Shown piece by piece: positions 8,026 to 16,780 of a stretch of DNA of 55,141 bases; the first letter of the stretch is position 1, and each line of letters opens with the position of its first letter. Under the pieces are notes generated by a model. The model did not search any database, was not told the origin of the DNA, and was given only the letters and a program-made list of their open reading frames with translations. The translations under genes were made by a program, and so were the position numbers. Source of the DNA: Hyphomicrobiaceae bacterium UBA2767 (GTDB taxonomy: Bacteria > Pseudomonadota > Alphaproteobacteria > Rhizobiales > Methyloligellaceae); assembly GCA_002352635.1 (NCBI GenBank), contig DEIT01000193.1, positions 11,545 to 66,685 of the forward strand, read 5' to 3'.

Positions 8026-9486
8026 ATGATCGGACTGAGCGGATTTGGCGGATATATTCCGCGATTGAGATTATCGAGAAAGAGCATTGCCGAGGTCAAT
8101 GGATGGATTCAGCCCGGCATCAAGCGGTTGGGCAAGGGCGAGCGCAGCATCTGCAATTGGGATGAGGACAGTGTGACAATGGCAGTTGAGGCTGCACGCG
8201 ATTGTCTCGACAACCAGAACGGTAAGCAGTTGCGCGCCATCTATCTTGGATCCACGACTTTACCGTTCCAGGACCGCCAGAATTCGGGCGTCGTTGCCGC
8301 AGCACTCAATCTCGATGAGGCCTTGTCCACCATTGACATCACCGCCGCACAAACGGCAGGCACTTCAGCGCTGGTTGCGGCACTTGATGCAGCGGACGGC
8401 GCCAAAGGGGGGGATATTCTCGTGCTGGCAAGTGACGCGCGGCGAACTCGTTCAGCCGCCCAGCAGGAAATGACCTTCGGCGATGGCGCAGCGGCGTTTA
8501 CTGTCGGTAGCAAAGATGTCGTCGCCGAGCTTCTCGGGTATCATTCGGTATCCATTGATTTCGTTGACCATTATCGTGGTGACAATCGCGAATATGATTA
8601 TAACTGGGAAGAACGCTGGATACGCGATGAAGGGCTTCTCAAGATTATTCCGAACGCGATCTCCGAAGCATTCGGCAAGGCAGGCATCGCGGCAGAAGAT
8701 GTCGACGTTTTGATCGCGCCATCCACGTTACGGGGTGTTTCGGCAAAGATCGCCAAAATGGTTGGTGTTTCAGAGGAAAGCTTGGCCGAGTCGCTCGATG
8801 GCGTTGTCGGTGAGACTGGCTGCGCGCACCCGCTGGTCATGCTGTCGCACAGTCTGGAAAGTGCATTACCAGGACAGGTGATCGTTGTCGCATCGTTTGG
8901 ACAGGGCTGCGATGTATTGGTCTTCAAGACCACTGATGCAATCGCCTCATTCAAGCCGTCCTTAGGAATATCAGGTTACATTTCGCGACGTTGCGAGGAA
9001 ACCAACTACAACAAGTTCATGGCCTTCAACGACCTCGTCCTTCAGGAGAAAGGCATGCGCGCCGAACTGGACAATCAAACGGCGCTAACCCAACTCTATC
9101 GCCGCCGCGACATGCTGCTTGGTCTTGTCGGCGGGGAGTGTGATGTATGTGGAACGCACCAGTTCCCGCGCTCGCGTATCTGCGTAAACCCGAACTGCAA
9201 TGCGATGAATACGCAAAAGCCTTTCCAGTTTGCCGATATTCCTTCGAAAATCATGACATGGTCGGCGGACCACCTGACGTACTGCCCCGATCCGCCATTG
9301 CATTATGGCATAATTCAATTCGAGGGCGGGGGCCGCTTTCTCGCCAATTTCACCGACGTTGATGTCGGGAATGTCGAGGTCGGCCAAGATATGAGAATGA
9401 TGTTTCGCATTAAGGATTATGACGATCTGCGCGGCTTTCGCCGTTACTTCTGGAAAGCTGCCCCATCCAATCAAACGAGGAATTGA
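8026..9486 (+). CDS. HMG-CoA-synthase-like (thiolase-superfamily) domain fused to a DUF35 OB-fold/zinc-ribbon domain
   Basis: 486 aa. The N-terminal ~340 aa align by eye to HMGCS/MvaS (NWDEDSVTMA Glu motif; QEMTFGDGAAAFTV). The nucleophile position reads A-A108-Q (nt 8347-8349) instead of A-C-Y. The C-terminal part has the Zn ribbon CDVCGTHQFPRSRICVNPNC (about nt 9130-9200) and an OB-like tail, as in DUF35. Confidence 0.75.
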   Translation: MIGLSGFGGYIPRLRLSRKSIAEVNGWIQPGIKRLGKGERSICNWDEDSVTMAVEAARDCLDNQNGKQLRAIYLGSTTLPFQDRQNSGVVAAALNLDEALSTIDITAAQTAGTSALVAALDAADGAKGGDILVLASDARRTRSAAQQEMTFGDGAAAFTVGSKDVVAELLGYHSVSIDFVDHYRGDNREYDYNWEERWIRDEGLLKIIPNAISEAFGKAGIAAEDVDVLIAPSTLRGVSAKIAKMVGVSEESLAESLDGVVGETGCAHPLVMLSHSLESALPGQVIVVASFGQGCDVLVFKTTDAIASFKPSLGISGYISRRCEETNYNKFMAFNDLVLQEKGMRAELDNQTALTQLYRRRDMLLGLVGGECDVCGTHQFPRSRICVNPNCNAMNTQKPFQFADIPSKIMTWSADHLTYCPDPPLHYGIIQFEGGGRFLANFTDVDVGNVEVGQDMRMMFRIKDYDDLRGFRRYFWKAAPSNQTRN

Positions 9487-9489
9487 ACT

Positions 9490-10692
9490 ATGGCAAGTGG
9501 AATCAGGGACAAAGTTGCAATAGTCGGCATGGGGTGCTCCAAATTCGGCGAACGCTGGGATTGCGATACCGAAGACCTCATTGTCGAGGCGTTTGAGGAA
9601 TGCATCCTGGACGCCGGGATCGATATCAAGGAGATTCAGGCCGCCTGGCTTGCTACCGCTATCGAGGAAGTCCATTCCGGGAAAGGCGGCATTCCTCTCG
9701 CTTTTGCTCTGCGTCTCCCCTACATCCCTGTGACTCGTGTCGAAAACTTCTGCGCCAGCGGCTCTGAGGCGTTGCGTGGCGCCGTCTATGCGGTCGCTTC
9801 AGGAGCATGTGATATTGCACTTGCCCTGGGGGTTGAGAAACTCAAAGACACGGGCTATGGCGGCTTGCCGCAGCGCAGCCGCGGGGTCCTGAATTCCATG
9901 TGGTGGGCCAACTATTCCGCCCCGGGATCCTTTGCCCAACTTGCCTCCGCTTATCAAGCCAAGCACGGAATCAATGCTGACGAACTCAAACGAGCGATGG
10001 CTCATATTTCGGTCAAGAGCCACGCCAATGGCTCCAAGAATCCGAAGGCGCATCTCCGGAACAAAATCACCGAAGATCAAGTGCTCTCCGCGCCAATCAT
10101 CGCAGAGCCGCTCGGTCTTTTCGATTGTTGTGGCGTGAGCGATGGCGCCGCCTGCGCGATTGTCACCACGCCCGAAATTGCGAGGAACCTTGGAAAGAAG
10201 GATCTCATTACGGTCAAGGCGCTGCAACTCTCGGTCTCGAATGGAACCGAGTCGGGGCACAATTCCTGGGACGGCAGTCATTTCATGACGGCCCGGATTG
10301 CCAGCACTCGGGCTTACGAGGAAGCAGGAATACGCGACCCCCGGAAGGAGATAGATCTTGCCGAAGTGCACGACTGCTTTTCGATCACGGAACTCGTGAC
10401 AATGGAAGATTTACACTTGTCGCCCGAGGGAGGTGCGGTCAAGGATGTGCTGGACGGTTTCTACGATTCAGATGGCGGTCTGCCTTGCCAAATCGACGGC
10501 GGGCTTAAGTGTTTCGGCCACCCGATCGGTTCGTCCGGTCTGAGGATGATCTACGAGCTTTATCTGCAGATGCAAGGTCGAGCCTCCGAACGCCAGGTCG
10601 AAAATCCCAAATTGGGGCTTACCCACAATTTGGGCGGCGCGCCACATCAGAATGTGTGTTCGGTAGCCATCATTGGGCAGTTGGGGGCATAG
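9490..10692 (+). CDS. SCP-x / nonspecific lipid-transfer-type thiolase
   Basis: 400 aa. It starts 3 nt after the upstream stop. The nucleophile motif is VENFCASGSEAL and the C-terminal motif is KCFGHPIGSSGLRM. The N-terminus VAIVGMGCSKFGE is typical of DUF35-associated thiolases. Confidence 0.85.
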   Translation: MASGIRDKVAIVGMGCSKFGERWDCDTEDLIVEAFEECILDAGIDIKEIQAAWLATAIEEVHSGKGGIPLAFALRLPYIPVTRVENFCASGSEALRGAVYAVASGACDIALALGVEKLKDTGYGGLPQRSRGVLNSMWWANYSAPGSFAQLASAYQAKHGINADELKRAMAHISVKSHANGSKNPKAHLRNKITEDQVLSAPIIAEPLGLFDCCGVSDGAACAIVTTPEIARNLGKKDLITVKALQLSVSNGTESGHNSWDGSHFMTARIASTRAYEEAGIRDPRKEIDLAEVHDCFSITELVTMEDLHLSPEGGAVKDVLDGFYDSDGGLPCQIDGGLKCFGHPIGSSGLRMIYELYLQMQGRASERQVENPKLGLTHNLGGAPHQNVCSVAIIGQLGA

Positions 10693-10765
10693 TCCGGGAA
10701 ATAATGACTACCGCAGCAGTGTGGCTGCTTCCGCCAGATGCTAGCAGAGAGGGAATATCAAAGAG

Positions 10766-11680
10766 ATGAGCAAATTATTGGAAGGCAAAGTCGCTATTGT
10801 TACCGGTGCAGGGCGCGGTATCGGGCGAGGAATTGCAGAGTCAATGGCTGCCCACGGCGTCAAGGTGGTTGTCAATGATCTTGGTGCGACTGCCGATGGC
10901 GAAGGCGAGGATACCGGACCCGCCAATGAAACCGTCGAAGCGATCAAGAAGGCCGGCGGCATAGCCATTGTCAACGGCGATAGTGTTGCGAGCTGGGATG
11001 GCGCACACGCCATGGTCGAAACCGCGCTTTCGACGTGGGGCCGTATCGATTGTGTAATCAACAACGCCGGTATCCTTCGCGACGTAATCTTCCACAAGCT
11101 TGAGGAAGCGGATTTTGACGCTGTCGTCGCCGTCCACCTCAAAGGCAGCTTTAACGTATCGCGCGCCGCGGCTCCGCATTTCCGCAAACAGGAAAGCGGC
11201 GCATACGTGCACATGACGTCAAATTCGGGGCTGATCGGCAATTTCGGACAAGCCAATTATGCCGCTGCCAAGATGGCTATTGTTGGCCTCTCAAAGTCGA
11301 TTGCACTCGATATGTCGCGTTTCAACGTAAGGTCCAACTGTATCTCGCCGACGGCATGGAGCCGCCTTACAGGCACTATCCCGGCCTCAACCGATGCCGA
11401 GAAAGAACGCGTCAGCAAGATCATGGCCATGACGCCGGACAAGATTGCGCCGCTCGCAACTTATCTCTGCAGTGACGCGGCAAAAGACGTCACCGGACAG
11501 ATATTTGCGGTCCGTAACAACGAGATTTTCCTGATGTCGCAAAATCGTCCGCTCCGCTCGGTTCACGATTCCGATGGCTGGACGCCGGAAAAAATCGCCA
11601 ACCATGCCATGCCTGTGCTGAAGGCAACGTTCTATGACCTCGAGCGGTCTGGCGATGTCTTTTGCTGGGATCCGATTTGA
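10766..11680 (+). CDS. SDR, MFE-2-type (R)-3-hydroxyacyl-CoA dehydrogenase-like
   Basis: 304 aa. VAIVTGAGRGIGRGIA...VVVNDLG...GRIDCVINNAGILRD...GNFGQANYAAAKMAIVGL closely parallels the dehydrogenase domain of peroxisomal multifunctional enzyme 2. Confidence 0.8.
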   Translation: MSKLLEGKVAIVTGAGRGIGRGIAESMAAHGVKVVVNDLGATADGEGEDTGPANETVEAIKKAGGIAIVNGDSVASWDGAHAMVETALSTWGRIDCVINNAGILRDVIFHKLEEADFDAVVAVHLKGSFNVSRAAAPHFRKQESGAYVHMTSNSGLIGNFGQANYAAAKMAIVGLSKSIALDMSRFNVRSNCISPTAWSRLTGTIPASTDAEKERVSKIMAMTPDKIAPLATYLCSDAAKDVTGQIFAVRNNEIFLMSQNRPLRSVHDSDGWTPEKIANHAMPVLKATFYDLERSGDVFCWDPI

Positions 11681-11718
11681 TCCGCTTGCGCCCATCCTGG
11701 AGGTTCGCTGAAAACCTG

Positions 11719-13227
11719 CTATACGACAGTAAGCTGCGGGCTTGGCCGTTGGTTGACGATCTTTTTCAGAATTCGCATCCCTTCCACCAGCCCGAGCTTG
11801 TTAGAGTCCGGGTTCAGTGTGAATCTCACTGCCCGCGGCGGCTCTATTTGTCCGATGGAGAAGCTTTCTGATTTGACGACCGAGACACCGGCCTTCTGTG
11901 CGGAGTTTAAGAATTCACTGGATGACCAGTGATCGGGCAGACAGAGCCATGAGAAAAACGCCGACGGATGGCTGCGCAACTTGATGCCCTTGAGCTCTTC
12001 CGCTGCAATCTTGTGACGCCGTGCAAGCTCCTCATTGTTGCGTTGCGCTATTTTTTCAGCGGTACCGTACATAATCATCAGCGAGGCCGCGTCGTGTATC
12101 AGCGGTGATGTCGCCAAGGTAAGCGAGTGAATCGTGTTGGTGAATTCATCGACAAACCCAGGCGGAACCGCCATGAAGCCAACACGGAGTGCCGGGCTTA
12201 CGCATTTGGAGAGACTGGTGAAGTATATGGTGCGTTCTGGAGCGTAAACCGCCAGCGGGGGAGGGCGGTCGACTGTGCCGGCGGCAACCACATCGTCTTC
12301 GACAAAAATGAGATCGTGAGTGCGTCCGATTTCGGCAATTTTCTTTCGCCGTGTCTCGGACATGACGCAACCAAGGGGATTTTGCGCTGTCGGTTGAAGA
12401 AAGACGATTCGCCCGCCAGTCCTCTTGTGGGCGGCTAGCAGTGCATCGGGCATCATGCCCTCCGCATCCATTTCGACTCCCTCCAGATCAATCTCGCGTA
12501 GCGCGGCAATCGACTTTAACCCCGAATAAGTCAACTGCTCGGTGAGAAAAGGTCCACCGAAGTGAGCCAGGCCCATTGTGGCGGTCAGGATCGCTTGCTG
12601 TCCGCCGCCGCACGCGATTATCTGCTCCGGCGGAACTTCGAAGCCGAGGCGCCTAATCCAGGCGGAGCCCGCCGCGCGATGCGCGATGTAACCCGCGGCG
12701 GGCGGATAAGAGACGAGCGGTAACAACATAGTGTGGTCCGCCACCTCCGAAAGAACATTCCGCGTCACGTCGATCAAGTCGTCGATTGGGAAGCGGAAGC
12801 ACGCAAGATCGATGGTGCCGGGTTTAGATTCCGGCAGGAAGCGGGTGTATTTATCCATATCTTCATGGTTCTTGACGAATGTTCCGCGCCCGACCTCTCC
12901 AGATACCAAATCGCGCATCTTGACGACCATATAAGCGCGACCCACAGTGCCAACAGTGATCCCCAACTTCAACGCCAGATCACGCTGCGGTGGCAATTGA
13001 GCGCCCGCCGGAAGAACGCCACTGTTAATTGCGTTCGCAATCGCACCAGCGAGCGCAAGATATCGCGGTCCACCGATCCCGGAAATGTCCGGTACCCAAA
13101 ATTCTTTATCGGGTTCCAATGGATTATCCTCTGTTTTGTGCAGCATTTCAGGAATAACAATATATGATAATAATACCCATTCAATTTGGGACATTGCACT
13201 AAAATTGAAGCGTCTGTATAGTGCCAT
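11719..13227 (-). CDS. MocR/PdxR-type regulator (GntR wHTH fused to a class-I aminotransferase-like domain)
   Basis: 502 aa. The wHTH is LPPQRDLALKLGITVGTVGRAYMVV...GEVGRGTFV, followed by about 350 aa of aminotransferase-fold sequence. The start is uncertain, since in-frame Met codons lie further in. Confidence 0.75.
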   Translation of the reverse strand: MALYRRFNFSAMSQIEWVLLSYIVIPEMLHKTEDNPLEPDKEFWVPDISGIGGPRYLALAGAIANAINSGVLPAGAQLPPQRDLALKLGITVGTVGRAYMVVKMRDLVSGEVGRGTFVKNHEDMDKYTRFLPESKPGTIDLACFRFPIDDLIDVTRNVLSEVADHTMLLPLVSYPPAAGYIAHRAAGSAWIRRLGFEVPPEQIIACGGGQQAILTATMGLAHFGGPFLTEQLTYSGLKSIAALREIDLEGVEMDAEGMMPDALLAAHKRTGGRIVFLQPTAQNPLGCVMSETRRKKIAEIGRTHDLIFVEDDVVAAGTVDRPPPLAVYAPERTIYFTSLSKCVSPALRVGFMAVPPGFVDEFTNTIHSLTLATSPLIHDAASLMIMYGTAEKIAQRNNEELARRHKIAAEELKGIKLRSHPSAFFSWLCLPDHWSSSEFLNSAQKAGVSVVKSESFSIGQIEPPRAVRFTLNPDSNKLGLVEGMRILKKIVNQRPSPQLTVV

Positions 13228-13257
13228 TCGCCTCCGAAGTTTGAAGTTATCATAGCA

Positions 13258-13272
13258 GGAATTTCGGAATTT
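13258..13272. promoter_or_regulatory. Direct repeat GGAATTT-C-GGAATTT next to the MocR gene start
   Basis: Read directly. MocR-type regulators commonly bind short direct repeats. Confidence 0.3.
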
Positions 13273-13448
13273 TTATAATCATTCTCAGAAACTATTCTCT
13301 CGAGCCCACAATCCTTTTACAGGACAGGGGCATTGCGGAAAGACCGAAAGATTGAGGCGCTGACTGGATAAGTACAATTAGCTGATCTAGGTTTCTGTCA
13401 TGCGCGTTATTCGATTGCCGAATTTAGTGAAAACCCCCAGGTGGGAAC

Positions 13449-15107
13449 ATGCCAAGCTCAGAGTCTGAGGAGTACAATCGCGGCGCAAAGGTGAATCCGT
13501 TCGCGAACAAGACATATTCTGAATCAATCCAGTTGCTGGTTGAAAACTATGGTGACCGGATTGCACTCATATACGGTGATCAGAAATACACATTTCGTCA
13601 GATTAAGAATGAAATTGACGATGCATCGCGCAAACTCAGAGCCATTGGACTGAACCGCGGCGACAAAGTGGCGATATGGTTGCCCAACCAGGCCGAATTC
13701 CTCTTTACCTGGCTCGGAGCCGGTCAAATCGGACTGACTGCCGTTATTTTGAACACGCGCCTGATGGCCGAGGAGGTGAGCTACCAATTAAGGCAGTCGG
13801 ATAGTCGGGCAGTGATAGTACCAGGTGACGGCGCATTCCGTGATTTTCTCGGCGACATCGCTTCGCTATGTCCGGATATTCGCGATGCCGCGCCTGGCGA
13901 AAAATTCGGCGGAGAGAATGTGCCAACGCTGGAATTTGTTATTTCTCTCGGTCAGACAGGGCACGGGTTTCGCGGCGTGCTTCAGTGGGATGATGTTGAG
14001 ACTGATGACGATACGCCACTCGCCTACGAGACCGATCCGAATAGCGCCGCCCTCATTGCATACAGTTCCGGCACGACAGCACTGCCAAAAGGCGCGATGC
14101 TGACCCATGCAATTTGGCGCAAGGCGGCAGATCACGGCGAACGCTTCTTTCAAAAACCCGACGACAGGCTCTACCTCTGTGTGCCTCTGTTTTCGATCCT
14201 TTCAACCGTAAACGGTGTTATCACCTTCTGGACCGGAGGCTCGGCCGTCGTACTCGAAGATCGCTATGAGCCGGAGAAGATGCTGGCGGCAATCGAGCGT
14301 GAACGCTGCACGGCGGCTTACCTCTTGCCGCTTATGATCTGCAAATCGGTGGAACTGCCAAATTTTAAGGACTTCGATCTATCCAGCCTGCGAACCGGGA
14401 TTCTCGTGACGACCGATCGAGACGCCTTCATGGCGGCCTACGAAAAACTCGGCATGACAGATTTTGTCACTAGCTACGGGATGACCGAGACGTCGAGCGC
14501 GTGTACGCGGACCTGGTCCAGCGATCCGCTTGAAGTGCGCCTTAGATCGCACGGCAAACCTCTTCCTGACATCGACGTGCGAATTGCCGATCCAGATTCC
14601 AATGAGGAGGTTCCGCGCGGCAAGGTCGGCGAAATTCAGGTTCGCGGCTACAATATTATGCTCGGCTACTACAACAAACCGGAGGAGACGCAGCGCGCTT
14701 TCAGCGGGGACGGCTGGTACAAGTCCGGTGATGCTGGTGAAATGTTCGAGGATGGTTCCATACGGTTCCTTCACCGTCTGTCGGACGGCTACAAGCACAA
14801 GGGATTCAATGTCTCGACCGCCGAGGTCGAGGCAGTTCTCGAACGCCATCCTGACGTGAAGCAGGCGGCCGTCGTCGGCATTCCCGATAAGGAAGTGGGC
14901 GAAGTCGGTACGGCCTTCGTTATCCCGAATGAAGAATCCAGTGTCGACGATGAAACGCTGATTGCCTTTGCGAATGAGCATCTCGCGTCCTTCAAAGTGC
15001 CGGCGCATCTGTTCCTTGCCGACGGGTTCCCGATGACGGCTGGCACCGAGAAAATTCAAAAATTCAAGCTCCGGGAGCGCGCACTCAAGCAGCTTGAACG
15101 GACCTGA
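13449..15107 (+). CDS. Acyl-CoA synthetase (ANL superfamily), tandem copy 1
   Basis: 552 aa. Motifs are AYSSGTTALPKGAM, GYGMTETS and a C-terminal GTEKIQKFKLRE. It is collinear with the next two ORFs. Confidence 0.9.
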   Translation: MPSSESEEYNRGAKVNPFANKTYSESIQLLVENYGDRIALIYGDQKYTFRQIKNEIDDASRKLRAIGLNRGDKVAIWLPNQAEFLFTWLGAGQIGLTAVILNTRLMAEEVSYQLRQSDSRAVIVPGDGAFRDFLGDIASLCPDIRDAAPGEKFGGENVPTLEFVISLGQTGHGFRGVLQWDDVETDDDTPLAYETDPNSAALIAYSSGTTALPKGAMLTHAIWRKAADHGERFFQKPDDRLYLCVPLFSILSTVNGVITFWTGGSAVVLEDRYEPEKMLAAIERERCTAAYLLPLMICKSVELPNFKDFDLSSLRTGILVTTDRDAFMAAYEKLGMTDFVTSYGMTETSSACTRTWSSDPLEVRLRSHGKPLPDIDVRIADPDSNEEVPRGKVGEIQVRGYNIMLGYYNKPEETQRAFSGDGWYKSGDAGEMFEDGSIRFLHRLSDGYKHKGFNVSTAEVEAVLERHPDVKQAAVVGIPDKEVGEVGTAFVIPNEESSVDDETLIAFANEHLASFKVPAHLFLADGFPMTAGTEKIQKFKLRERALKQLERT

Positions 15108-15129
15108 TTAACAGTGAAGGAATAGAAGT

Positions 15130-16740
15130 GTGAACGCGTTCCGCGACCTTACTTACGCAGAAAGCATTAGTCGGATTGCGCATGCGCACGGGACACGCGA
15201 GGCCATCATCTATCGCGATCAGCGCTATACATTTGCAGATCTCAAAAAACATGTGGACGAGGCTTCGGCACGGCTGGCGTCAATAGGACTTAAAGCGGGA
15301 GACAAAGTCGCTATCCTGCTTCCGAACCGTCCGGAATTCATCTGGTATTGGTTTGGCGCGTCTCAGATTGGACTTGTCGCGGTGATGCTGAACACTCGGT
15401 TGCGCCGCGACGAGTTGGCTTATCAGCTAGCGCAGTCCGACAGTCGCGCGATTATCGTTCCTGGTAGCGGGGCCTTTCGCGATTTTCTTGCTGAATTGAG
15501 TGATCTGGCCCCGGCCATCGCAGAAGGCGAGCCAGGCAAGCTGGCCAGCGAGCAACTTACCGAACTCAACCACGTTATCGCGGTAGATACATTCAGCGCC
15601 GAGTACAGTGGTGTCCTGGACTGGTCATCGCCTCCGACGGAGAACCTTGAAGTGCCGCCGATGGAGACGGACCCAGCGAAACCAGGCATCATCGGCTACA
15701 GCTCCGGAACCACCGCGCTTCCAAAAGGCGCGATGATTTCTCATTGCGTCTGGCGCAAGGCCTGGGACCTTGGAGAGCGAACCGAACTGACCGAGAACGA
15801 CTGTCTTTACATGGCATTACCGCTGTTCGGGACGATGGCGAACCTGAACGGCGTCCTGCCCTATCTTGTACGAGGCGCCAAGCTGGTGATCGGCGAGCAA
15901 TTCGATGCCGGCGTGTGCCTTCGGGCGATCGAAAACGAGCGGGTCACCAGTATCCATCTTCTGCCAGCGACTATCAAACAACTTGTCGAGCATTCAGACT
16001 TTGAAAAATACGACCGTTCGTCGTTGCGCTTATCTTACACGTTATCGATTGACCCCGCGGTCCTTGATGTTGTCGCGGATGTTATCGGCATTCCTGGTGT
16101 CATGACAGGCTACGGCCTGACCGAGACAACCGCCGTTGCGACCCGCAATCACTGGACCGATTCACGGGAACATCGACACGGCACTCAAGGCTGGGCGTTG
16201 CCGGACGTCGAGGTCAAGATCGTCGATCCCGAAACGCTGGCGGATATTTCCCCGAATCAGAGAGGTGAAATCTGGGTGCGGGGTTATTGCACAATGCTGG
16301 GCTATTACAAAAAGCCGAAGGAGACGGCGGATATGCTGCTGCCCGACGGGTGGCTCAGAACCGGCGACATTGGGCAGGAAGATGAGACAGGCCGGATCAA
16401 GTTTCAAGGACGTCTGGGCGACGGCTACAAGTCGCGCGGATTCAACGTATCGCCAGAAGAGATCGAGCACGTAATCAACAAGCATCCGGCTGTTGAGTCG
16501 TCGTCTGTTGTCGGCGTGCCGGATTCATTCGCGGAGAAAGTTGGGGTCGCGTTTGTGATCAAGAAGAAAGACGCTTCCCTAACGGAGAATGGGCTGCTCG
16601 ATTATCTTCAGCCCAAATTGGCCGGCTACAAGATGCCGCTTCACGTGTTTTTCACGGATCAGTTCCCGCTAACAACCGGGACTGGCAAAGTACGCAAAGT
16701 CAGACTACGTGAGATGGCAACCGAACATCTCGGTCTCTAA
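15130..16740 (+). CDS. Acyl-CoA synthetase (ANL superfamily), tandem copy 2
   Basis: 536 aa with a GTG start 22 nt after copy 1. Motifs are GYSSGTTALPKGAM, GYGLTETT and GTGKVRKVRLRE. Confidence 0.9.
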   Translation: MNAFRDLTYAESISRIAHAHGTREAIIYRDQRYTFADLKKHVDEASARLASIGLKAGDKVAILLPNRPEFIWYWFGASQIGLVAVMLNTRLRRDELAYQLAQSDSRAIIVPGSGAFRDFLAELSDLAPAIAEGEPGKLASEQLTELNHVIAVDTFSAEYSGVLDWSSPPTENLEVPPMETDPAKPGIIGYSSGTTALPKGAMISHCVWRKAWDLGERTELTENDCLYMALPLFGTMANLNGVLPYLVRGAKLVIGEQFDAGVCLRAIENERVTSIHLLPATIKQLVEHSDFEKYDRSSLRLSYTLSIDPAVLDVVADVIGIPGVMTGYGLTETTAVATRNHWTDSREHRHGTQGWALPDVEVKIVDPETLADISPNQRGEIWVRGYCTMLGYYKKPKETADMLLPDGWLRTGDIGQEDETGRIKFQGRLGDGYKSRGFNVSPEEIEHVINKHPAVESSSVVGVPDSFAEKVGVAFVIKKKDASLTENGLLDYLQPKLAGYKMPLHVFFTDQFPLTTGTGKVRKVRLREMATEHLGL

Positions 16741-16780
16741 GCCATCTCACCTCTCCAAATATGCTAAGAGGCACTCGGTT

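Noticed and set aside
9085-10371. Minus-strand ORFs 9085-9675 and 9799-10371
   Set aside because: They are antisense to the HMGCS-like::DUF35 and thiolase genes and show no motifs.
14379-15059. A 226-aa minus-strand ORF inside ligase copy 1, plus similar shadows at 16862-17293, 18314-18856 and 19082-19606
   Set aside because: They are antisense to genes with complete ANL/NMO motifs, and their composition is typical of reverse-frame translation.
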